From a virus (taxonomy: Duplodnaviria; Caudoviricetes): DNA of 47,052 bases. Below the pieces are notes generated by a model. That model was not told the origin of the DNA, made no database searches, and saw only the letters and a list, made by a program, of their open reading frames with translations. Shown here in pieces: positions 26,539 to 34,707 of this stretch; positions within the stretch are counted from its first letter, which is position 1; every line of letters begins with the position of its first letter. The position numbers and the translations under genes were made by a program. Where the stretch lies: the IMG/VR virus record IMGVR_UViG_3300032312_000611, positions 1-47,052 of that record; one strand, written 5' to 3'.

Positions 26539-27948
26539 ATGTGTATTATTTGTGTATCTACTGTAACTGCTGTATCTTTATTAGCACCAGCGCATGCAAC
26601 ACCTGTTCAATCAGTTTCAGTAATTGAAAAAAAATATGTACAAGAAGATAAAATTATTAATAAATCTTGTTCTAAATCAGAATTAAATAAAATAAAAGGA
26701 AATACAATATGTCTTAAAAATGGCAAAACTTATAAATGGACAACAAAAAAGAATAGTGTAGCAAATACCCCAAAGGTAGAAACAACTAGTTACTCTGTTC
26801 CGTCTCAGCCAAGTACAAATATAGAAAGTTGTAAAATTAAAGAAAGCAATAGTAATAGACAAAATGCAGGACCCGCTATGCTTCCATCAGGTTTTCCAGG
26901 AAATACTATTGCTCAAAAAAGAGGAACAGTTAAGTGGGCTTTGATTCCCCTAGATTTTCCTGATTTAAATGGTGAGGCAAATTTTAGATCAAGAGTTGAT
27001 GAGCAAATGAAATTGACTTCTGAGTGGTTTGATACCGTCAGCGAGGGTAAATATAAAGTTGAGTGGGTAGTAGCAGATAAATGGGTAAGACTGCCTGGAA
27101 AAACTTCTGACTATGAGATTTTACAATCAGTAAATCTTAGGGATGCTGCAAATGGCCCTAAATTATTTAAAGATGCGATGGTTGCTGCAGACCCATCCTT
27201 TAATTTTACGGGTGTTCAGACAGTAAATTTTATTTTACCGAAAGGGCAAAGTTTTATTCAAGAATCTTCACAAGGTTTTCCATGGGATGAAGCAGTAAAA
27301 AATTTAGTTACAAACGAAGGATCTGTCTCATCTTTTTCAATACCAGGAAAAATGTTTGATTCAAACAATAGGCAATATTGGTCTTACTTTGTACATGAAT
27401 TTGGTCATGCAATGGCATTACCACATGTTGGATCCTCTCGTGAGCCTAACGCATTTCTTGGTTTAGATATTATGGGTAATCAAGATGGTGAGTCTAAAGA
27501 ACTTAGTGGGTGGATGCGTTTTGTTGCAGGTTGGCTTGATGATGAAAAAGTTTATTGCAAACCATTAAATGACTTGCAAAATACTGAAGTTACTTTGGTG
27601 CCTTTAAATAATATTGAAAAAGGAATAAAAATGGTTGTAGTACCAATATCTCAAACAAAGGCAGTAGTTATTGAGTCACGTCGTGAAAACAAATTTTCTT
27701 GTCAAATGCCTTCTAAAAGAGATGGTGTATTAGTTTATACCTATGACGCCACACTTAGTCACGGTCAAAATTTTTTACAACCTGTGACACCTTTAGGTAG
27801 GGCAATTGAGTATAGTTCTAATTGTCCTGTGGTTGGATATTCAAATCCATTTCTTTATAAGGGTCAAAAGATAATTGTAGAAGGCATATCAATAGAAATA
27901 GTTGATAGTTTAAAATACGATAAGGTTAAGATTAATAAAAATAATTAA
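26539..27948 (+). CDS. Secreted zinc metalloprotease (M6/immune-inhibitor-A-like)
   Basis: Signal ending AHA; IPLDFPD; HEFGHAMALPH; DIMG Met-turn; GWL; IESRR. Confidence 0.75.
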   Translation: MCIICVSTVTAVSLLAPAHATPVQSVSVIEKKYVQEDKIINKSCSKSELNKIKGNTICLKNGKTYKWTTKKNSVANTPKVETTSYSVPSQPSTNIESCKIKESNSNRQNAGPAMLPSGFPGNTIAQKRGTVKWALIPLDFPDLNGEANFRSRVDEQMKLTSEWFDTVSEGKYKVEWVVADKWVRLPGKTSDYEILQSVNLRDAANGPKLFKDAMVAADPSFNFTGVQTVNFILPKGQSFIQESSQGFPWDEAVKNLVTNEGSVSSFSIPGKMFDSNNRQYWSYFVHEFGHAMALPHVGSSREPNAFLGLDIMGNQDGESKELSGWMRFVAGWLDDEKVYCKPLNDLQNTEVTLVPLNNIEKGIKMVVVPISQTKAVVIESRRENKFSCQMPSKRDGVLVYTYDATLSHGQNFLQPVTPLGRAIEYSSNCPVVGYSNPFLYKGQKIIVEGISIEIVDSLKYDKVKINKNN

Positions 27949-27967
27949 TTATATTAATAATATAATT

Positions 27968-28038
27968 GCGAATATTGCATAGTGGTAGTGCGTAACCTTG
28001 CCAAGGTTAATGTGAGAGTTCGATTCTCTCTATTCGCT
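27968..28038 (+). tRNA. tRNA-Gly(GCC)
   Basis: Acceptor stem GCGAATA/TATTCGC; anticodon arm TAACC-TTGCCAA-GGTTA; T-arm GAGAG-TTCGATT-CTCTC; CCA not encoded. Confidence 0.92.
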
Positions 28039-28042
28039 CTAA

Positions 28043-28115
28043 GTCCCCATCGTCTAGTGGCCTAGGACGTCGCCCTTTCACGGCGTTAACACGGGTTCAA
28101 ATCCCGTTGGGGACG
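28043..28115 (+). tRNA. tRNA-Glu(TTC)
   Basis: Acceptor stem GTCCCCA/TGGGGAC; anticodon loop CTTTCAC; T-arm ACGGG-TTCAAAT-CCCGT; CCA not encoded. Confidence 0.92.
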
Positions 28116-28138
28116 CACTATATTTAATTTTATCTTTA

Positions 28139-28147
28139 TGATATAAT
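28139..28147 (+). promoter_or_regulatory. Extended -10 promoter of hsp20
   Basis: TGATATAAT about 5 nt before the structured leader. Confidence 0.65.
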
Positions 28148-28152
28148 TATTA

Positions 28153-28204
28153 TGCTTGCCCAAATGGGGAGCAACTTAACTTATTCGCTTGAAAGGGGAA
28201 TAAA
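28153..28204 (+). promoter_or_regulatory. ROSE-like RNA thermometer (hsp20 5' UTR)
   Basis: Two hairpins; the second, TTATTCGCTT-GAA-AGGGGAATAA, pairs UCGCU with the SD. Confidence 0.6.
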
Positions 28205-28621
28205 ATGGTAACACAATTCGCAATGGATCTATTCAATGATCCCTTTTTTATTGGCTTTAACAGAGATCTAGCCCGTCTAAATACTGCACACAAAATCAAC
28301 TCTCAATCATATCCTCCGTATGATCTTCTTAAATTAGATGAAGACACATACAGGCTTTCGCTTGCTATTGCAGGGTTTACCAAGGAAGATATTAATGTTT
28401 CGGTAGACAATGGAACACTAATTATTAAGGGTGAAATTGTAGAAGTTACAGATGCAGAAGTTGTTCACAAGGGTATCGCTGGCAGAAAGTTTGTCAGATC
28501 GTTTGCTTTAGGAGAATACATGGAAGTATCTGGTGCAGAACTAAAGGACGGAATGCTACACATTAATGTGGATCGCATTGTTCCAGAAGAAAAGAAGCCT
28601 AAAACAATTAAAATAAAATAA
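28205..28621 (+). CDS. Small heat-shock protein (Hsp20/IbpA-like)
   Basis: SYPPYDL, LAIAGF, HKGIAGRKFVRSFAL, AELKDGML, PEEKKPKTIKI. Confidence 0.93.
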   Translation: MVTQFAMDLFNDPFFIGFNRDLARLNTAHKINSQSYPPYDLLKLDEDTYRLSLAIAGFTKEDINVSVDNGTLIIKGEIVEVTDAEVVHKGIAGRKFVRSFALGEYMEVSGAELKDGMLHINVDRIVPEEKKPKTIKIK

Positions 28622-28626
28622 AAAAA

Positions 28627-28655
28627 ACAACCTAGGCATGTTGTAAAACTGCCTA
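28627..28655 (+). ncRNA. Predicted compact H-type pseudoknot 3' of hsp20
   Basis: S1 ACAAC/GTTGT, S2 TAGGCA/TGCCTA, loops of 1/1/5 nt. Confidence 0.5.
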
Positions 28656-28660
28656 TTATT

Positions 28661-28669
28661 TGGTATAAT
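28661..28669 (+). promoter_or_regulatory. Extended -10 promoter
   Basis: TGGTATAAT followed by GGAG RBS and ATG 28689. Confidence 0.6.
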
Positions 28670-28688
28670 TAATGTGGGTTGGAGTAAA

Positions 28689-29282
28689 ATGAAATCAAAT
28701 GAAAAGATAAGCACTTTAACAGATGGGGTATTTTGCATTGAAAATTTTTTATTCCCAGAAACCTGTGATTTTTTAGTTTCAATTTTTTCTGATAAAGATT
28801 TAAATAAGTCAGATAAAGATGGAGTGTTCGGTGCTTTTGGACAAGGAGAACATGAATTTTTTAATCTTAGTGGTGCTGAAAAAATATTTGTTAAAACAGA
28901 TGTAAATAAAAAAATAGGCATTGATTTTTTTACAGGAATACTTACAAATATTGAAAAAACAACATCTGAAATATTTAATAAAAATCTTTTATTAAAGTCA
29001 TACTTTTATAGCCATATGAAAAAAGGCGGTAAAAACGATTTACACGTTGACAATTACAATAAAAAATATTCAAATGATTATTCTGCAATACTATATTTAA
29101 CAGACTCATACTCTGGTGGAGAAATAAACTTTCCAGAACGGAAATTAAATATAAAGCCAAAGCCAGGAACATTAATAACATTTATTGGAACTAAAGACCT
29201 TGCACACGAAGTAAAAGAAGTTATTGATGGGGACAGGGTAAACCTAATATGTTTTTTAAATAATAAAGAAAGGAGTGTTTAG
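28689..29282 (+). CDS. 2OG-Fe(II) oxygenase (prolyl-hydroxylase-like)
   Basis: HVD...SAILYL...GGEI...HEV...R. Confidence 0.85.
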   Translation: MKSNEKISTLTDGVFCIENFLFPETCDFLVSIFSDKDLNKSDKDGVFGAFGQGEHEFFNLSGAEKIFVKTDVNKKIGIDFFTGILTNIEKTTSEIFNKNLLLKSYFYSHMKKGGKNDLHVDNYNKKYSNDYSAILYLTDSYSGGEINFPERKLNIKPKPGTLITFIGTKDLAHEVKEVIDGDRVNLICFLNNKERSV

Positions 29283-29467
29283 TGGCTTCATATGAATATG
29301 ATTGTATGCCTTGTGGTACTAGAGTAATAAAAGAAAGATCTATTAATGATTTTGATCCAGGATATAGTTGTGAAACTTGCAATAGATCGTTAGTTCGTGT
29401 ATACTCTAATATAGGGTCAGTTTTTAACGGTACTGGATTTTATTCAACCGACAATAGAAAGAAGTAA
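29282..29467 (+). CDS. FmdB-family zinc-ribbon protein
   Basis: YEYDCMPCG...CETC...FNGTGFYSTD. Confidence 0.8.
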   Translation: MASYEYDCMPCGTRVIKERSINDFDPGYSCETCNRSLVRVYSNIGSVFNGTGFYSTDNRKK

Positions 29468-29486
29468 TTGGATGTATAATAGAACT

Positions 29487-29744
29487 ATGGACAGTGTTAC
29501 AAAAGATCATCCGAGCATAAAGCCAAAACAATGGGTTTTAAACTCAAAAGATCGTTGCGATAAATGCTTAGCCCAAGCGTTAGTTAAAGTAAAAGGCGCC
29601 TCTGGAGAGTTAATGTTTTGTAACCACCATTATGACAAAATAATGAATAAGCCAGAATCATATAAAAAAATGATGGCTTTTATGCTAGAAGTTATTGATG
29701 AGCGTGAAAAGTTAACAGAGAATAGAGCGATTGGGGCAATATAA
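29487..29744 (+). CDS. Small zinc-binding protein (leaderless)
   Basis: DRCDKC...LMFCNHH; TATAAT(29475-29480)-N6-ATG. Confidence 0.7.
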   Translation: MDSVTKDHPSIKPKQWVLNSKDRCDKCLAQALVKVKGASGELMFCNHHYDKIMNKPESYKKMMAFMLEVIDEREKLTENRAIGAI

Positions 29745-30151
29745 TGTATGAGTATTTTGTAAAAGAAGTAAAAAATGTAGTCGATGGAGACACTATTGAT
29801 GTAGTTATTGATTTAGGTTTTGACATTTTATTTGCATCTCGTGTTCGTTTGGCTGGCATTGATACTCCAGAATCACGGACAACTGATAAAGCAGAAAAAG
29901 TTCTTGGTCTTGAATCCAAAGATTACTTAAAAAAATATCTCAAAGACGCTAAGTCTGTTGTAATTAAAACTGAAAAAATGAACTCATCAGAAAAATACGG
30001 TCGAATTCTTGGTTGGATATATGTAAATGGTGATACGGAATCATTAAATGATAAAATGATTAATGACGGTTATGCATGGGGATATCTTGGCGAAACCAAA
30101 ATTAAAGATTTTGATGTATTAAAAAAGGCTAGAGCAAAGTCTAAAAAATGA
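29744..30151 (+). CDS. Thermonuclease (SNase-like)
   Basis: VVDGDTI, RVRLAGIDTPE, KYGRILG. Confidence 0.9.
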   Translation: MYEYFVKEVKNVVDGDTIDVVIDLGFDILFASRVRLAGIDTPESRTTDKAEKVLGLESKDYLKKYLKDAKSVVIKTEKMNSSEKYGRILGWIYVNGDTESLNDKMINDGYAWGYLGETKIKDFDVLKKARAKSKK

Positions 30152-30399
30152 AAACTGTTTTTTATTTTACTGCAGAGTGGTGTGGCCCATGCAAAAAAAC
30201 AAAACCAGTTGTTGAAGATTTAAAAAAAGAAGGTTTTGAGTTTCAAATAATAGATGCTGATTATGAACAGTTATTAGTTGAAAGGTTTGAAATAAAATCA
30301 ATTCCTACTTTTATATTATTTGAAAATGAAAAAGAAGTTAAACGTATAACTGGCGCACAAAATAAACAATCATTACTAGATTTTATTAAAAATGAGTAA
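30148..30399 (+). CDS. trxA: Thioredoxin
   Basis: FTAEWCGPCK, IPTF. Confidence 0.9.
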   Translation: MKTVFYFTAEWCGPCKKTKPVVEDLKKEGFEFQIIDADYEQLLVERFEIKSIPTFILFENEKEVKRITGAQNKQSLLDFIKNE

Positions 30400-30727
30400 C
30401 GAAGAAGAAGACATGATTGAAAAACTTATTCTTGACGGGGGGCTAGAAACTGTAGGGGTTGACGAAGAAACTGGGGAACTTTTATATTCCTTTACCCCTA
30501 AGATTAAAAACCTTATGCCTGACTTATATAATGAACATATAACAGATGTCAATTCTTGTGTTATGCAATTATGGGAAAAAGGGTTTTTAGAAATAGATTT
30601 TTTTGCTACAGAGCCTATCATTACCCTATCAACAAAGGCTTTTGATCGAGTAGCAGTAGAAGGTTTATCTAAAAAAGACAGGTGGAATCTTTTTGAAATC
30701 ATGCGGCTTTTGAATCCTAAAGCCTGA
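30392..30727 (+). CDS. Hypothetical protein
   Basis: 111-aa acidic ORF, coupled. Confidence 0.65.
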   Translation: MSNEEEDMIEKLILDGGLETVGVDEETGELLYSFTPKIKNLMPDLYNEHITDVNSCVMQLWEKGFLEIDFFATEPIITLSTKAFDRVAVEGLSKKDRWNLFEIMRLLNPKA

Positions 30728-30740
30728 TATAATAGATATT

Positions 30741-31154
30741 ATGACATACTACTCAGATAACGAAGAAGAAGATAAATGGGACAACATGACAAAAGCATGT
30801 TGGTCTGGATATGAACAACGTGGCATGAAAGATAAAGGTGGGCGAATGGTTCCTAACTGTGTTCCAGTTGGAAAATCAGAAAACATGGAGGATGAAATGG
30901 AAAAAGCAAAAAAACCAAATTATAGCGAAATTATTAAACCACGTAGAGGTGGATCAACACCATCAGACCCTAAACTATATGCAAGAGTTGTACAAGCAGC
31001 AAAAGATAAATTTGATGTTTATCCATCTGCGGTTGCTAATTCTTGGGTAGTACAAGAGTATAAACGTCGTGGTGGTACATACAAAGCAGAATCACAATCC
31101 ACAACAAAAAGTATTTGGGATGGATCTTTTAATCCTTTAAGGTTTAAAAAATAA
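30741..31154 (+). CDS. Hypothetical protein (leaderless)
   Basis: TGATATAAT(30725-30733)-N7-ATG; short modules CWSGY...VPNCVP and YPSA...YKRRGG. Confidence 0.7.
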   Translation: MTYYSDNEEEDKWDNMTKACWSGYEQRGMKDKGGRMVPNCVPVGKSENMEDEMEKAKKPNYSEIIKPRRGGSTPSDPKLYARVVQAAKDKFDVYPSAVANSWVVQEYKRRGGTYKAESQSTTKSIWDGSFNPLRFKK

Positions 31155-31312
31155 TGGCTAACAGATCTTCAGGTTCTTATTTTAAAAATTACGGATTTAA
31201 TTCTTTACAAATTAAAAATGGCAGGATTGTTCGTTTAAGAAAAGACGGTACTGTAAAAGCAGATCTTGGTCCGTATCCAAAAACAAAGGCAGGGGTAACT
31301 AATGGCAAATAA
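31154..31312 (+). CDS. Small basic protein (52 aa), not in the ORF track
   Basis: TAATG coupling; MANRSSGSYF...GRIVRLRKDGTVK. Confidence 0.6.
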   Translation: MANRSSGSYFKNYGFNSLQIKNGRIVRLRKDGTVKADLGPYPKTKAGVTNGK

Positions 31313-31412
31313 AGAACAAAAGGGCAATGCTAATACAAAAAAAGAGCCTAAGATGACTCTTAAAGAAAAACGTGTTGCTAAACAACAAAAACGGGATAAG
31401 AAAAATGGCTGA
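31302..31412 (+). CDS. Small Lys-rich protein (36 aa), not in the ORF track
   Basis: AGGGG RBS; MANKEQKGNANTKKEPKMTLKEKRVAKQQKRDKKNG; overlaps both neighbours. Confidence 0.55.
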   Translation: MANKEQKGNANTKKEPKMTLKEKRVAKQQKRDKKNG

Positions 31413-31776
31413 TACATACACTCCTACTTCTGGTATGAAGGCTGCTGCTCGTCGTGCATTAAAATGGAAAGCAGATGGCAAGGCAACTGGTGCAGGAACT
31501 CCTGTAGGTTGGGGTCGTGCAACTGATATTGTAAATGGATCAGCAATGTCTCTTAGTACTGTTAAAAGAATGTTCTCTTTTTTTTCTCGTCACGAAGTAG
31601 ATAAAAAAGGAAAAGGGTTTTATGATGGCCCAGAGTTTCCGTCTAATGGCAGAATTATGTGGGATGCTTGGGGCGGAGATGCAGGATTTTCATGGAGCCG
31701 TGCAATTGTAGAAAGAGAAAAAAAGCAAGTAGAAAAGGTTTGGGCAGATAGTCCGTTTAATTTAAGAAAGTGGTAA
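31405..31776 (+). CDS. Hypothetical phage protein
   Basis: GTPVGWGRA...TVKRMFSFFSRH...WDAWGGDAG. Confidence 0.7.
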   Translation: MADTYTPTSGMKAAARRALKWKADGKATGAGTPVGWGRATDIVNGSAMSLSTVKRMFSFFSRHEVDKKGKGFYDGPEFPSNGRIMWDAWGGDAGFSWSRAIVEREKKQVEKVWADSPFNLRKW

Positions 31777-31779
31777 AAA

Positions 31780-31941
31780 GTGGAGGATTTAAATATTGAA
31801 GAGTTAAAACAATTACTCATATTTTATAAACAAAAATCTTCAGATCTTGAGTTTAACTTATTACAAATGCAAATAAAGTTAAATAGGACTGACAGTCTTA
31901 ATGAGTTGCCAGCAACAAACAAGACTGTAAATAAGAAATAA
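31780..31941 (+). CDS. Small coiled-coil protein (53 aa), not in the ORF track
   Basis: GTG start; fills the gap exactly. Confidence 0.55.
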   Translation: MEDLNIEELKQLLIFYKQKSSDLEFNLLQMQIKLNRTDSLNELPATNKTVNKK

Positions 31942-31953
31942 AGATATATAAAA

Positions 31954-32373
31954 ATGAAAGAGTTAATAATTGTAGGCTTGGCATTGACTCTTTTTTTTTC
32001 TATTGTTGTAAATGTAGTAAAAAATAAGAAAAAAAATACTTCAAAGGTAATGCATCGCCAAAGCGATGTTCACAAACTTTTAAAATATTTTTTCTCAATT
32101 CCTTTGTATAACAATGAAAATAATTTTTCACAGTTGACAAAACACAAACAAAAGAGTATCATTAAAGTTATTGTTCTAGGTAATCAGGCATACTGGGTAT
32201 CTAATAATATATTTTATGTTGCAGATGCTATTGACGGTAAAGTGCAAAAACATACCGCAAAGCCAGTAGACATAGAAGGTTTACCAAAAGTAGATCTAGA
32301 TAAGATGCTATTTATATTAGACAGTTTAAGGGATGGAAAAAGAGATGATAGTGGCAGTACAGGGAACAAATAA
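31954..32373 (+). CDS. Membrane-anchored hypothetical protein
   Basis: N-terminal TM followed by a basic stretch. Confidence 0.65.
   Translation: MKELIIVGLALTLFFSIVVNVVKNKKKNTSKVMHRQSDVHKLLKYFFSIPLYNNENNFSQLTKHKQKSIIKVIVLGNQAYWVSNNIFYVADAIDGKVQKHTAKPVDIEGLPKVDLDKMLFILDSLRDGKRDDSGSTGNK
32134..32162 (+). promoter_or_regulatory. Internal promoter upstream of the whiB-containing gene run
   Basis: TTGACA-N17-TATCAT. Confidence 0.5.
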
Positions 32374-32695
32374 ATTTAACGACTATGGAGTTTTTATTAG
32401 ATCCATGGGTGTTGCTATGTCAAATATGACTGAAGATGATACAGAGTTTATAATTTATTCTGCTGGGCCTGCTAAAGTTAATTCTTTTGTTTCAGAATTT
32501 TCTAATGTATCAGAAAAAGGAATGAAGGCTAGAGGTAAAAAAATAAAGTTTTATAAGGTTGCTCCTCTTTGGATGCAAGAAAATTTAAATCAATTAAATT
32601 ATTTTGCTTTTTTAAGTAGTCCAAATGAGAAAACATCTAGGTTAGTTTCAGAAGCACAACTACAAAATGTAGAAGTTGGCATATTTAAATACTAG
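32345..32695 (+). CDS. Hypothetical protein, possibly degenerate SLOG/YspA-like
   Basis: N-terminus MIVAVQGTNKFNDY. Confidence 0.45.
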   Translation: MIVAVQGTNKFNDYGVFIRSMGVAMSNMTEDDTEFIIYSAGPAKVNSFVSEFSNVSEKGMKARGKKIKFYKVAPLWMQENLNQLNYFAFLSSPNEKTSRLVSEAQLQNVEVGIFKY

Positions 32696-32703
32696 GGGGT
32701 ATT

Positions 32704-32913
32704 ATGTTAATAAGAAGTTTAAACACAATGGAAAAAATTGTTTCAAAAAATAAAAATTTAATTTGGCGAGGTTGGGATGTAATTGATTTAAAAGAATCTG
32801 ATACAGCAAAAACCTCTGTAGTGGGCATTAGAGTAAAAGATAAGTGGTATCTTCATAAAGTTTACTCCTCTAATCGTAATGGTTGGAATATTCCAGACAA
32901 GTACAGGGAGTAA
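32704..32913 (+). CDS. Hypothetical protein
   Basis: 69 aa, Trp-rich; AGGGGG RBS. Confidence 0.65.
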   Translation: MLIRSLNTMEKIVSKNKNLIWRGWDVIDLKESDTAKTSVVGIRVKDKWYLHKVYSSNRNGWNIPDKYRE

Positions 32914-32915
32914 GT

Positions 32916-33200
32916 ATGAAACAACATTTATGGAAAGATAATGCATTGTGTTTGGGCCTTGAAACAAATACATATTTTGATAAGTATGAAGATAATCTAG
33001 AAAGTAGACCAATTGTAGACTCTCTGTGTATGACTTGTCCAGTAGCAAAAACTTGTTTTGCTGTAGGTATATCAGGTAAAGAGTGGGGCGTATGGGGTGG
33101 AGTATACTTAGAGGGTGGTGAAGTTTCTAGGGAATTTAATAATCATAAAACTAAGCAGAATTGGTCAGAAACTTGGCAGTCTTTGACAATGGAGAAATAA
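32916..33200 (+). CDS. whiB: WhiB-family Fe-S transcription regulator
   Basis: WKDNALC...CMTCPVAKTC...GVWGG. Confidence 0.92.
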   Translation: MKQHLWKDNALCLGLETNTYFDKYEDNLESRPIVDSLCMTCPVAKTCFAVGISGKEWGVWGGVYLEGGEVSREFNNHKTKQNWSETWQSLTMEK

Positions 33201-33431
33201 ATGTATACTCTTGATATGAAAAAAGCCTTTCATTCTGTTAATCCACCAAAAGGATTTAAAATTCAAATTATTGATAACGAACATTTTCTTACTGTAAAAT
33301 TAGATGAAAAACAATTTAAAAACATGGTTCATGATGAAAAAATAGAAGCGTTTGAATATGTTATTAAAATAAAAAAAGTTTTAGAAATGAATGGGGCAAT
33401 TGTGTTAGTTACTAGAGAGCCAATCAAATGA
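33201..33431 (+). CDS. Hypothetical protein
   Basis: 76 aa; GGAG RBS. Confidence 0.65.
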   Translation: MYTLDMKKAFHSVNPPKGFKIQIIDNEHFLTVKLDEKQFKNMVHDEKIEAFEYVIKIKKVLEMNGAIVLVTREPIK

Positions 33432-33856
33432 GTAACGTCTTTCCAGTATTTCTGTTAATCCTATCATTTTCTTTTGCAACCCTATGCATATTTATGTCTT
33501 TAAAGTTAAAAAAGTCAAAACTTTATATGGCTAAATTGCTTTTAGAAAACTTTGAACTTAATCGATATGCTGAAAAAATACAATCTACAAAAGAACTAGA
33601 TGACAATGACATTCATAGAGAAAACTTCATAAAATTTTTATCAGATTCTCGTGATTGGGCTTTTACATACATAGAAGATGTGCAAGGCGGTTTAACAAAA
33701 TTTGTTGAAGAAGTTGACCCAAGCATTAATTATTTTCGTGAGTTTGGAACAATAACAGAAGGTTATCCTTTAAACAATGATATGAAAAAAATATCCATTG
33801 CATATGAAAAATTAAAAAAATTTTTACCAAGCGATCCAGAAACAAAAAACTCATAA
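33428..33856 (+). CDS. Membrane-anchored hypothetical protein
   Basis: N-terminal TM; FIKFLSDSRDWAF. Confidence 0.65.
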   Translation: MSNVFPVFLLILSFSFATLCIFMSLKLKKSKLYMAKLLLENFELNRYAEKIQSTKELDDNDIHRENFIKFLSDSRDWAFTYIEDVQGGLTKFVEEVDPSINYFREFGTITEGYPLNNDMKKISIAYEKLKKFLPSDPETKNS

Positions 33857-34707
33857 TGAAGTTTTACCTTTTTGGAGGAAGCATGGATCCAGTAATCTTT
33901 AAAGAAACTTTAAGTGATGGTTTTGATGGAGTTATGTTTACCTATGACTTAGAAAACTCAGATATTTTTACATATTTAGCAAGTCAGCCTAATAAAAATT
34001 TAAAGGTTAAATGTTTAGTTGCAATAAGACCTTACACTATTTCTCCCCAATACCTTTATATGATAAATAAAAGTATGCATAAAATTATGCCAAATACATT
34101 GCAAATAAATTTTATTCAAGGTTACACAAAAGATTACGAAAAAGATTTTGGTGGAATTTTTGGAGAGGTTAATGATATGTCAGGTAGTGTTGATAAGTCT
34201 AACTACCTTGTTAATTATTTAGATGTTTTAAATACAATGCAAAAAAATGAAAAAAATAAATATCCTTTAGATTTTTATGTGTCAACAAGTAACAAATATG
34301 TAATGGAAGCAGTACAAAAATACGATAACAAAATAATTTTACCCTATAAAAAATATAAAAATAAATACTGGGCCAGAGAAGTACTACCAACAGGTAAGGT
34401 AGTTTATAAAGATCCAATAGATTTAAAAAATACTAAGGTTATGTTAGCCATAACTCCAATTTTAAGAAAAAACAAAGAAGACTTTGAAGACTTGCCAAAA
34501 GATTATGTAGATAGACCAGTTTGGCGTGAAGGAGAAAGACCTCACGCAGTGTCAGATGTTGTATACTTTACATACGAAGAATTTGGTGTTTTTTTAGATG
34601 AACTCAAAAAAGAAGGCATAGAAGAAGTACTTATGAATGCTTATCCTAATAGAGAATATCCAGTAATTAAACATTATTTAAAAAAATACGTAAGGAAACA
34701 ATATTGA
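33856..34707 (+). CDS. Luciferase-like monooxygenase (LLM/SsuD-like) paralog 1
   Basis: GFDGVMF...KCLVAIRPYTISPQY...LQINFIQG, compare SsuD FLVAxRP...INxVxG. Confidence 0.6.
   Translation: MKFYLFGGSMDPVIFKETLSDGFDGVMFTYDLENSDIFTYLASQPNKNLKVKCLVAIRPYTISPQYLYMINKSMHKIMPNTLQINFIQGYTKDYEKDFGGIFGEVNDMSGSVDKSNYLVNYLDVLNTMQKNEKNKYPLDFYVSTSNKYVMEAVQKYDNKIILPYKKYKNKYWAREVLPTGKVVYKDPIDLKNTKVMLAITPILRKNKEDFEDLPKDYVDRPVWREGERPHAVSDVVYFTYEEFGVFLDELKKEGIEEVLMNAYPNREYPVIKHYLKKYVRKQY

Noticed and set aside
27940-27967. AT-only stretch before the tRNAs as an origin or operator
   Set aside because: Low complexity in an AT-rich genome, no iterons, and the TATAAT is too close to the tRNA start
33183-33209. TTGACA...TATACT as a promoter
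   Set aside because: The spacer is only 15 bp, and ATG 33201 already has a GGAG RBS; ambiguous
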